Shown here: positions 38,751-47,043 of the stretch, one piece after another | How the letters are laid out: each line of letters starts with the position of its first letter | Numbering within the stretch: position 1 is the stretch's first letter | Assembly (NCBI GenBank): GCA_020850225.1 | Contig: JADZFD010000078.1 | Location: forward strand, 6,846-70,845 | From: Saprospiraceae bacterium | Lineage (GTDB): Bacteria > Bacteroidota > Bacteroidia > Chitinophagales > Saprospiraceae | Direction: 5' to 3' | DNA length: 64,000 nt | Program-made: the position numbers and the translations under genes | The notes under the pieces: generated by a model | Told to the model about the DNA's origin: nothing | Seen by the model: only the letters and a program-made list of their open reading frames with translations | Database searches by the model: none

Positions 38751-40064
38751 TTAATTTCCGGTTTTCATTGTAAAACTTATATTATTCAGTTTTACAACCC
38801 AGGCATTCCATTCTCCTGTATGATGTTTATTGACATCGCCATCACTTGAAGAAGTGAATCCTGCCAGTACGAAACTATTGTTATCAGATGAAGTGACCGA
38901 ACAAGCTACATCCCAATCGGAACCACCTATTGTTTGTTCCCATTCAACAGATCCGGCGTAATTCAATTTTACTATCCAAATATCACTTCCGCCTTTATTT
39001 ATCCCAATATCTCCATTATCTGACTCTGTCCAACCTGTGACAATATACCCATCACTTCCCGAATTGATAACAGATGTTGCTGTATCATAACCCGATCCAC
39101 CCATTGATTTTTCCCACTCTAGATTGCCTGAAACATCCAGCTTGACTATCCATACATCTTCCTTGTCGTGGTGATTGGATACATGTCCATCAACTGACTC
39201 CGTAAACCCAACTACTAAGATACCATTATCAGCCGACTGAACGAGTGCATATCCTACGTCATTGTTACCTCCACCCAGTGATTTTTCCCACTCTAATATT
39301 CCTTTATTGTCAATTTTTAAAACCCACAGATCACCGGAACCATGATTTTTGCTTACATCACCATTACATGATTCTGTATAGCCACATAGTGCAAATCCAC
39401 CATCCAGAGTTTGTGTTATTGAGTACAATTCATCATAATCCGAACCTCCGTAAGTATATTGCCATTCCATGTCTCCGGACTGATTAAGTTTAACAATCCA
39501 GCCATCTGCCTTGCCCTTGTTCATAGCAATGTCATAATCTGATGATTCAGTAAATCCTGCAAGTACAAAACCATTGTCAGAAGTTTGAACCACAGAATTA
39601 AGAATATCAAATTCTGAACCACCTAAAGTTACATCCCATTCTACCTCTCCATTGCCATTTAATTTCAATACTCGGGCATCACCATTATTGATCCGGCCGG
39701 AATAGTTAAAATCACATGATGCTGAAAGTGCAGTAACAACATAACCACCATCATTCGTACAAACCACAGCATAAGCTTCATCAAATCCGGAACTTCCATA
39801 GTTTTGTTGCCATTCAACATTACCTCTGCTGCTTAATTTGGTTAACCAGATGTCTCCATAAATACACGCCTCACTGATTGCCATATCGCTTTCTATCTGT
39901 CCTGCTACTATAAAACCACCATCAGGTGTAGAAACTACATCACGTGCACTTGCCATTTTATGTCCTCCCAATACGTGTTGCCATTCAATGAATGACTGTC
40001 CTTTGATAAATCCTGCTGATGTTATCAACAGTAAAATAACGAGTAAAAAAATTTGCTTTTTCAT
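38751..40064 (-). CDS. secreted 7x58-aa repeat (predicted 7-bladed beta-propeller) protein, no C-terminal sorting domain
   Basis: The start is taken at MKKQIFLLVILLLITSAGFIKGQ (signal peptide). Seven tandem repeats follow, of the form EWxxxxGGSxxDxxxSVxQTxDGGFxxxGxTxSxDGDVxxxHGxxDxWxVKLxxxGxx. The protein ends ...VVKLNNISFTMKTGN with no CTD. Confidence 0.8.
   Translation of the reverse strand: MKKQIFLLVILLLITSAGFIKGQSFIEWQHVLGGHKMASARDVVSTPDGGFIVAGQIESDMAISEACIYGDIWLTKLSSRGNVEWQQNYGSSGFDEAYAVVCTNDGGYVVTALSASCDFNYSGRINNGDARVLKLNGNGEVEWDVTLGGSEFDILNSVVQTSDNGFVLAGFTESSDYDIAMNKGKADGWIVKLNQSGDMEWQYTYGGSDYDELYSITQTLDGGFALCGYTESCNGDVSKNHGSGDLWVLKIDNKGILEWEKSLGGGNNDVGYALVQSADNGILVVGFTESVDGHVSNHHDKEDVWIVKLDVSGNLEWEKSMGGSGYDTATSVINSGSDGYIVTGWTESDNGDIGINKGGSDIWIVKLNYAGSVEWEQTIGGSDWDVACSVTSSDNNSFVLAGFTSSSDGDVNKHHTGEWNAWVVKLNNISFTMKTGN
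38754..39995 (-). repeat. seven tandem ~58-aa protein repeats (paralogue C)
   Basis: The period was counted by hand, e.g. EWQYTYGGSDYDELYSITQTLDGGFALCGYTESCNGDVSKNHGSGDLWVLKIDNKGIL is 58 aa. Confidence 0.8.
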
Positions 40065-40277
40065 AATTAACAGATTTAAATTGTTACGTAATTTTAATAG
40101 TTTTTGCAATGAACATCAGGTACATTTTAGATATAAAAAGACATTAAAAGTATACTAACTCATTAAGAAAATGTTATGTAACCATTAAATTAGGATAAAT
40201 AATTATCCTGATGTATATATTGTCAATGATACCCGATGTTCGATTTTATAATTAATTTTTGCATTATATGGTTGAAA

Positions 40278-42803
40278 TTATTCTTTATTGAGTACAATTT
40301 TCCTTGTGATTGAGAAATCCTGCTTACTGAGTCGTACAAAATAGACCCCTGAATTCAATCTTGAGATATCGATGGACTGAACATCCAAAGGAAGGCTTTG
40401 AATCACTTTACCATCAATAGTAACTATCTCAGCAGATGTTATATCAGGGTCGTGATTAAGCCTGATAACACCAGAAGAAGGATTAGGATAAACATCTGAT
40501 TCAAGTGTAAAATTAGCGTCAACAGATGTGTGACTAATAATTTTAACTATACCGGTTTTCACATTCAAATTAGCATTTTCCATGTTATTATCAACAAACA
40601 TAGATGTAAAAGGAAGTGTTGACATCTTAATTTCAGTCAGGTTATCACCTTTGCCAATGATTCTGAATTTTAACTTCATACACACTGCATTAACAGCTAT
40701 TGTGTTACCTTTGTCCAGATTATCTGCTTCCCAAATCACACCCAAAACTCCATTTGAAACCAGTGTTTCATTAAAGTAATATTTTCCTGGAAATTTTGTT
40801 CCTGTATAAGAAACAGGTGATATCAATTGCAATTTATCCGTAGACCATGTTATTGAAAATTGCATTCCAACTCCATTCGTAAAGTTATTACATATCACAG
40901 GTACTTCAATTACTGATCCAGGAAACCCCTGCGCATTTTGAATCTTCAATTCAACATTGGTTAGGTTTGGGTTGAAAAAATCAGAATCATTTAATAAAGA
41001 ACTATGGTCGAGATCTCCCTTTTTATATCCGATAAACACCTGATTATCCTGATCTTTCCTTACATTCTTCAACGTGATAGCATAAGGAATTTCAACAAAA
41101 ATATTGGAATCTTTAACAGTTGACTGAGGTACAAAGTGCCATACATTTTCAATATCTTGATTATTATTTCCCATACTGGTTAAAATCTGTCTCATAGCGA
41201 GTACATCATCTTTATCCACATTATTGTCATTGTCAATATCAGCGGCCAGGTAGGTATACAAATCTTCAATTGATTTATCTCCTTCAAGATATTTTCTCAA
41301 AACAAGTACATCCTTGACGTTCATACCATTCGTAATATTATCCTTTTTATCAGCCTTCACAGTATAGTTTTTGCCATTTTGGAAAGCAGGAGAAATATAT
41401 CTTCCTGAATCATCAATTTCAAATGCTGATATGAGTTTCTCATCAGAAAAAACATTTATTTGTACATCTCTAACAGGGGCATAATCTGAAGTCACTACAT
41501 TTCCCGACATTTGAAATTCCTTACTTAGCTTACATATGAATCCTGAAGCTACGCCCTTTTGACCTTCAAAATCTCCATTTTTCGAATCAGTCGAGCCAAC
41601 GACAATATAATCATCTATACCTGAGCGTATAATATTTGTAGCCATATCGCGTTCTGATCCTCCTAATAGCTTTTGCCATTCTACAATACCTGACCTGTTA
41701 ATTTTTACAATCCAAGCATCTTCTTTACCATGGTGACCTATACTTTTTACCAGGTTAATAGTAGAATATCCAGCTACCATAAATCCTTCATCCGATGTTT
41801 GGACAATAGAAAATATCATATCATCTTTAGAACCTCCAATGTAATTTCTCCACTCTATTTCGCCTGAAGCATTAAGCTTAACTACCGATCCATTCCACTT
41901 GCTGTTTTTTGGATCTGAATCATCATATAATGAATTAGAATAACAAGCAAGTGCATAACCTCCATCAGCAGTACGAATCATATCACTGACAAAATCCAAG
42001 CCTTTTCCTTCAAATACTTTTTCCCATTCAATTTCTCCTAAAGCATTCAGTTTCAGCACACAGGCTTTTTGATATTGATTAAATTTCTTATCAGTTTCCT
42101 GAGTTTTCTTAAGACCCCATCCTGCTATAACTATACTAAAGTCACTAGTTTCCAATACTGACTTAGCTTCACCCTGATCAAGTGATGTAATTGTCTTATT
42201 CCATATAATTTCACCTGTGATATCAACTTTAACAAGCCACATTTTCCTGCCTGATAAAGTGCCGATTGAAACATCACCATTTCTTGAATGCGTGTATCCT
42301 GCTATCAATAAACTTCCATCAGCACTTTCTATGATATCATTCGCACCTTCCTGCAGTGTGCCTCCAATGGACTTTTTCCATTCAATATCACCTTTGGCAT
42401 TTAGTTTCAGGAGCCATATATCCTGTATGCCTTTGAGATCTGAAACATCTCCGTCAGATGATTTGGTTTCGCCCACGACTGCATACCCGCCATCAGATGT
42501 TTGAATAACTGCTGTTGCTCTCTCATCTTCAGAGCCACCCAGTATTTTCTGCCATTCTACTTTCTTACTGCTGTTCATTTTAACTATCCACATATCATAT
42601 TTGCCATGATAATTTTTCAAATTACCTGAAGAAGTTGATCCTGCCATTATAAAACCACCATCCTTAGTCTGGTTTACAGATAGCAGACTTTGTAATTCGG
42701 TACCACCTAACGTTCGGTTCCATACCATATCATGCTGACCAAATACTGCATTTGTCATTGTCATAATAATCCAAATACATCCGATTAAAAAAATCTTTTT
42801 CAT
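40278..42803 (-). CDS. secreted 7x58-aa repeat protein with CarboxypepD_reg-like, dockerin-like and cohesin-like modules and a T9SS type A CTD
   Basis: 841 aa. The order is signal peptide, seven repeats (residues ~24-427), and a dockerin-like EF-hand pair (NGMNVKDVLVLRKYL; DIDNDNNVDKDDVLAMRQIL). Then come a cohesin-like module (VELKIQNAQGFPGSVIEVPVICNNFTNGVGMQFSITWSTDKLQL...) and the CTD (VYPNPSSGVIRLN...GVYFVRLSKQ). Confidence 0.8.
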   Translation of the reverse strand: MKKIFLIGCIWIIMTMTNAVFGQHDMVWNRTLGGTELQSLLSVNQTKDGGFIMAGSTSSGNLKNYHGKYDMWIVKMNSSKKVEWQKILGGSEDERATAVIQTSDGGYAVVGETKSSDGDVSDLKGIQDIWLLKLNAKGDIEWKKSIGGTLQEGANDIIESADGSLLIAGYTHSRNGDVSIGTLSGRKMWLVKVDITGEIIWNKTITSLDQGEAKSVLETSDFSIVIAGWGLKKTQETDKKFNQYQKACVLKLNALGEIEWEKVFEGKGLDFVSDMIRTADGGYALACYSNSLYDDSDPKNSKWNGSVVKLNASGEIEWRNYIGGSKDDMIFSIVQTSDEGFMVAGYSTINLVKSIGHHGKEDAWIVKINRSGIVEWQKLLGGSERDMATNIIRSGIDDYIVVGSTDSKNGDFEGQKGVASGFICKLSKEFQMSGNVVTSDYAPVRDVQINVFSDEKLISAFEIDDSGRYISPAFQNGKNYTVKADKKDNITNGMNVKDVLVLRKYLEGDKSIEDLYTYLAADIDNDNNVDKDDVLAMRQILTSMGNNNQDIENVWHFVPQSTVKDSNIFVEIPYAITLKNVRKDQDNQVFIGYKKGDLDHSSLLNDSDFFNPNLTNVELKIQNAQGFPGSVIEVPVICNNFTNGVGMQFSITWSTDKLQLISPVSYTGTKFPGKYYFNETLVSNGVLGVIWEADNLDKGNTIAVNAVCMKLKFRIIGKGDNLTEIKMSTLPFTSMFVDNNMENANLNVKTGIVKIISHTSVDANFTLESDVYPNPSSGVIRLNHDPDITSAEIVTIDGKVIQSLPLDVQSIDISRLNSGVYFVRLSKQDFSITRKIVLNKE
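40281..40502 (-). other. T9SS type A C-terminal sorting domain of the 841-aa protein
   Basis: VYPNPSSGVIRLNHDPDITSAEIVTIDGKVIQSLPLDVQSIDISRLNSGVYFVRLSKQDFSITRKIVLNKE. Confidence 0.8.
40539..40967 (-). other. cohesin-like module
   Basis: Residues ~613-755. The pattern is a beta-sandwich starting VELKIQNAQGFPGSVIEVPV...GMQFSITWSTDKL...LKFRIIGKGDNLTEIKMS...GIVKI. Confidence 0.55.
41169..41351 (-). other. dockerin-like duplicated EF-hand segment
   Basis: Residues ~485-545. The D-x-D-x-D-x-x-x-D-x-x-D loop (DIDNDNNVDKDD) plus helix VLAMRQIL is preceded by a degenerate first copy, NITNGMNVKDVLVLRKYL. Confidence 0.6.
41523..42734 (-). repeat. seven tandem ~58-aa protein repeats (paralogue B)
   Basis: The repeats start VWNRTLGG, EWQKILGG, EWKKSIGG, IWNKTITS, EWEKVFEG, EWRNYIGG and EWQKLLGG. 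Confidence 0.8.
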
Positions 42804-42845
42804 GTTGTAAATTTTTAGAAGATTAAATAATTTTTATAGTTAGTT

Positions 42846-43217
42846 TTAAAAAATAATTCCCGTTTTCAAAGCAAATAGCACTAATTCCTGAACATTCCTG
42901 ATATTGCACTTGGCGTAAATATTTGACCGATGTTTTTCAACAGTGTTAATTGATATAAATAATTTTTCTGCTATCTCTGTAGTAGTTAGTCCAACACTTG
43001 TATATTTTGCAACTTCAATCTCCCTGTTGGTCAACTCATTACATTCATTACTGTTTATCTGCCGACAAATTTTCTGATTGATAAGTGCACACTTTTTCAT
43101 CAGACCTGTAAGCTTTTCGCATGGATATTTATGATTAACTTCTGCTTTATATTCCTTAATCATAGCTTCAATTTCCATAATTATCTGGTTTACGTCTTCA
43201 TTCAAAATCTTTGTCAT
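42846..43217 (-). CDS. LuxR/GerE-family helix-turn-helix transcriptional regulator without a receiver domain
   Basis: 123 aa. The C-terminal LTNREIEVAKYTSVGLTTTEIAEKLFISINTVEKHRSNIYAKCNI is a LuxR-type HTH. The ~60-aa N-terminal part is helical and carries 4 Cys. Confidence 0.8.
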   Translation of the reverse strand: MTKILNEDVNQIIMEIEAMIKEYKAEVNHKYPCEKLTGLMKKCALINQKICRQINSNECNELTNREIEVAKYTSVGLTTTEIAEKLFISINTVEKHRSNIYAKCNIRNVQELVLFALKTGIIF

Positions 43218-43332
43218 AGTCCATTTTATTAGGCTATATGAAACAATATATTATAATTAATAATTCATATTATACATTTAATATTCTTTATTGAATTATA
43301 GTAACCCTATTTTAAGTACATATAAATTAATT

Positions 43333-46300
43333 TTATCGCAATATTGTTACATTCCCATAAAATGTTTTTAAATTGTCATTTTTTAGCTTAACAGAGGCGA
43401 CCCATACATATACTCCAGTCGAAACCTTTTCACCATCCAATGTACCATTCCATCCCATTTCAGGAACATTGGGTGGAAAATTTTCATTTTGGAAAACCTT
43501 ATTACCCCATCGGTCAAAAACTGACATAGTATTAATTACTACATCCTGATTTGTGTAAGCCGTAAAATACCTGTTTCTTCCATTTCTTCCCAAAACATTA
43601 GGAAACTCGATATCCACACTTTCTTCTATTTGCAGTACCAAATGATAAATTGAATCGCATCCATGTGAAGTTGATAAAGCCTCAGTATACATACCGGCAT
43701 AGGCATATTCGACATTGGTTACCGGCCATCTGTATTTGTTTTCAGAAGTTATTGTATCAAAATATTCATATTCGGGATAAATCTGAAGGGACAATTCAAC
43801 TATTGAATCACAGCCGTATATATTAGAAAATATTTGACTATAACTTCCGCTTTCTTCATATAATTGATCTCCCCAGGCAAAGCTTCCACAGGAAGTTTGA
43901 TACACCGTCTCTACATTATTAGGATGGACAACCAAATCCAAAATCAGGAAGCTATCACATCCTAATACAGTTTCAGATTTGTAATAATACCGCCCACTTG
44001 TATCATGCATTATACCTTGCCAGTAATAAGGACTGCATGATTCTACATGTAAAAATAATTGTTCTTCCTTACCGACTCGAATTTCCAGCATACCTACAGA
44101 ATAGCATTGTGCTGATTTACGAACTCCATTTTTATAAGTAATGCGTACAAACAATGTTATGGATCCTGTAAAATATGTTCGTGGAGCTTGTATAAAATTA
44201 TCATTTCCCAAAATAGCTTCTGCAAACGACTTATAATAGGTAAAATTATAATAATCAGGTTTGTCAACAAAAAGCGATTCGCTTTCCGACAAATCAAATT
44301 CAGCCATCCCAATTCCTTCATCATCACATACTGTTGGCAATACAACCATTGAAGTCATGAGCTCAGGAGATGGTGTCACTTCAAGATACACCTTAATTAT
44401 ACGTATAAGTACACCTCTTTCATCCTCTACTCTTATAAATAAATTATTTGTATTGCCATCCTTGATATCTATCATTACAGGTAAATCAATATCCATTGAA
44501 TCCCTTTTTGCATCATCCAAACTCTTGAAAAAAGAATATTTCTCAATAGGGCATATATTGTAAAATGCTGGTTTTAAGTCTTGGTATTCAAAAAAAACTT
44601 TACCTGTTCCATTAATATCGCATTTACTTAGAGTGATACCATCTACTACACATTTGACATCTGCATTACCACCAAATGTCAGCGTATATCCTAATTTTGT
44701 TTGAGGTTTGCGGCTGACTGCAATTAAAATCTCATCATAACCCTGTACATCATAATGCTTTAAAAATCCGGATGATTTATGGGGTTTTGTTGTAGCATCT
44801 TCACAATATTCAACTGCTACAGGCGACAAACCTGTCATATACTGATGTGTAATCTCAGGATCATATAAAGAACTTCGAATATTCTGTTGTCCGGTTGATA
44901 AAAGATTACTCCAATCAGGATTGAGCCATGAAATAAAATCATAATCTTCATCGCCATCAGGTACAACAGTAAAAGTAAAAGTCGATCCTTTATTTATTCG
45001 TACCAGGTAAAAATCAGTATAAGGCGACAACAACTCATCATCGTTACAAAGGCTGCTTAAATAATTTATTGAAGTAACATTTGGAAGGTCTTTTTTAATT
45101 GACTCATTATCACATACTCTTGTTATCAAGTGTTCGGGTATGATAACCGGATTATTGACAATCGGTATATTGAGCTTAACAATCCATGCATCGAAACCGC
45201 CAAAATACTCTTTAATATCCCCGTCACTTGACTGTATCCATCCCGCCATTAAAAAACCTCCATCTTTAGTTTGTACGACTGTATTGGCAACATCATTTTC
45301 ACTTCCTCCTAAAGCCATCTGCCATTCTATACTACCTCTGCAATTAAGTTTGACAATCCACGCATCAAGCTCACCATGTTTATCTTTAATATTTGCGTCA
45401 TCCGATCCTGCCCATCCAGCAATGACATAGCCACCATCGTATGTTTGAACTACAGAATTTGCTGAATCACTGTCTGACCCACCCATTGTCCTTTGCCATT
45501 CAATATCACCAGTCTGATTGAGTTTGATTACCCACCCATCTTCAGAACCATGCTGACCCTTTACATCACCGTCATGGGACTCAGTTTTTCCCACCAGCAG
45601 ATACCCATAATCCTGCGTTTGGATAATATCATAAGCCCAATCACCCCAGGAACCACCCAACAATTTTTGCCATTCAATATCACCATTATTAGATAGTTTA
45701 CAAATCCACGCATCACTACCACCATGATTCCATGATTGGTTCTTATTCGATGATTCTGACCATCCGGCTATGGCATAGCCACCATCCAGCGTATTGACAA
45801 CAGACTGAGCTCTGTCATATCCTGAACCTCCAATGGTTTTCTGCCATACTAAAGTACCTGCATTATCCAGTCTAAAAACCCAGGAATCAAATCCACCATT
45901 ATTCCCGGTCATGGCTCCATCCGTTGATGATGTCCAGCCAACACCAATACACCCACCATCCGGAGTTGGTTTGATACTATATATATGATCAAAGCCAGAT
46001 GCCCCCAATACTGTTTTCCATATGATATTTCCTGATACATCGATTTTCAATACCCAACCATCGTCCTGTCCATGGTTTCCGGATACATCCCCGTCATGGG
46101 AATTGGTAGTACATGCTATTATAAACCCTTTATCTGATGTTTCAACAACATTATATCCCATCTCATTTCCACTACCTCCAAACGCTTTTTGCCATAAAAC
46201 ATCACCTTTACCACTGAGCTTGACTACCCAAACGTCATAACCACCATGATAAGTATCTATTCCAATGATCCTGGAATATGTATAACCTACCATAACATTG

Positions 46301-46449
46301 CTCCCATCTGAAACTTCAATCGCAGCGAGAGCACTTTCACCTCCTGAGCCACCTAATGTTTTTTGCCATGATATACCGGGTTGTCCCCAAGAACTAACAG
46401 TTGTAAGTACAACTAGAATCCATGTAATAAGTGTATTCGTATTTCTCAT
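43333..46449 (-). CDS. secreted 7x58-aa repeat protein with adhesin-like modules, three Cys modules and a T9SS type B (gliding-associated) CTD
   Basis: 1038 aa. The order is signal peptide, seven repeats (residues ~25-427), and a jelly-roll-like segment (YLVRINKGSTFTFTVVPDGDEDYDFISW). Then come three ~45-aa C..Y.W......SG.Y......GCDS...L.L modules. The C-terminus is FPNVLGRNG...VFDRWGNKVF...GWNGTLDGEKVSTGVYVWV...GNVTILR. Confidence 0.8.
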   Translation of the reverse strand: MRNTNTLITWILVVLTTVSSWGQPGISWQKTLGGSGGESALAAIEVSDGSNVMVGYTYSRIIGIDTYHGGYDVWVVKLSGKGDVLWQKAFGGSGNEMGYNVVETSDKGFIIACTTNSHDGDVSGNHGQDDGWVLKIDVSGNIIWKTVLGASGFDHIYSIKPTPDGGCIGVGWTSSTDGAMTGNNGGFDSWVFRLDNAGTLVWQKTIGGSGYDRAQSVVNTLDGGYAIAGWSESSNKNQSWNHGGSDAWICKLSNNGDIEWQKLLGGSWGDWAYDIIQTQDYGYLLVGKTESHDGDVKGQHGSEDGWVIKLNQTGDIEWQRTMGGSDSDSANSVVQTYDGGYVIAGWAGSDDANIKDKHGELDAWIVKLNCRGSIEWQMALGGSENDVANTVVQTKDGGFLMAGWIQSSDGDIKEYFGGFDAWIVKLNIPIVNNPVIIPEHLITRVCDNESIKKDLPNVTSINYLSSLCNDDELLSPYTDFYLVRINKGSTFTFTVVPDGDEDYDFISWLNPDWSNLLSTGQQNIRSSLYDPEITHQYMTGLSPVAVEYCEDATTKPHKSSGFLKHYDVQGYDEILIAVSRKPQTKLGYTLTFGGNADVKCVVDGITLSKCDINGTGKVFFEYQDLKPAFYNICPIEKYSFFKSLDDAKRDSMDIDLPVMIDIKDGNTNNLFIRVEDERGVLIRIIKVYLEVTPSPELMTSMVVLPTVCDDEGIGMAEFDLSESESLFVDKPDYYNFTYYKSFAEAILGNDNFIQAPRTYFTGSITLFVRITYKNGVRKSAQCYSVGMLEIRVGKEEQLFLHVESCSPYYWQGIMHDTSGRYYYKSETVLGCDSFLILDLVVHPNNVETVYQTSCGSFAWGDQLYEESGSYSQIFSNIYGCDSIVELSLQIYPEYEYFDTITSENKYRWPVTNVEYAYAGMYTEALSTSHGCDSIYHLVLQIEESVDIEFPNVLGRNGRNRYFTAYTNQDVVINTMSVFDRWGNKVFQNENFPPNVPEMGWNGTLDGEKVSTGVYVWVASVKLKNDNLKTFYGNVTILR
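43336..43620 (-). other. T9SS type B sorting domain (gliding motility-associated C-terminal domain)
   Basis: Residues ~944-1038. The hallmark motifs DRWGNxVF, W.G...G..v..GvY.w and G.vtllR are present. Confidence 0.75.
43621..44049 (-). repeat. three tandem ~45-50-aa Cys-containing modules ending in GCDS...L.L
   Basis: SCSPYYWQGIMHDTSGRYYYKSETVLGCDSFLILDLVVHP; SCGSFAWGDQLYEESGSYSQIFSNIYGCDSIVELSLQIYP; NKYRWPVTNVEYAYAGMYTEALSTSHGCDSIYHLVLQIEE. Confidence 0.7.
45169..46377 (-). repeat. seven tandem ~58-aa protein repeats (paralogue A)
   Basis: The repeats start SWQKTLGG, LWQKAFGG, IWKTVLGA, VWQKTIGG, EWQKLLGG, EWQRTMGG and EWQMALGG. Confidence 0.8.
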
Positions 46450-46541
46450 AGTTTAAGTAGTTTTTATCAGAAATACAGTGCTAAGTTTGATTATCTGAAA
46501 TACATATTAGCGTCATTATCAGATTATATACTAAAATAAGT

Positions 46542-46549
46542 CAAAGATA
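46542..46549 (-). promoter_or_regulatory. -7 box TATCTTTG (minus strand) upstream of the 1038-aa gene
   Basis: Plus strand reads CAAAGATA, with 92 nt to the ATG at 46449. The leader contains three TTATCWGA repeats. Confidence 0.4.
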
Positions 46550-47043
46550 CAAAGCCACATATGACACCTTGTAGTATACACTATCTTTAAGCTTATGCGT
46601 ATCTTTTAGTGCCAATATTTTATATCCGTAGCAAATCTAAAAAATATGCTTACTTCTTTATTAGCCGTATCCTTATTGCGAATATTTTTTGCTGATAATG
46701 CAATCAAACTTTTTCACCTGTTGCTGATTTGTTAATTGAATCATAATTTTTTTAAAAGTTAATTAGTTAATCTACGTAGAATTTTTTATAAATTACAGAA
46801 CAAAGATAATAAGCATAATTTATACAATTATTACGGTATTCCGTAATTTTATGATTCTGATATTAATTTTTTTAAAACTATCGATAATGAACCATCATTC
46901 AACTTTCTATTCAGACTGTTTTGGGGGTCTTGTTAAAAAATGTAAACATATATTTTTAACTATACTTATTATATTGTACTTTTGTTAAACACTTTTTTAC
47001 CTTTGAAGGCAATAAATAACCTGAGATTACAAAATAACTATGT

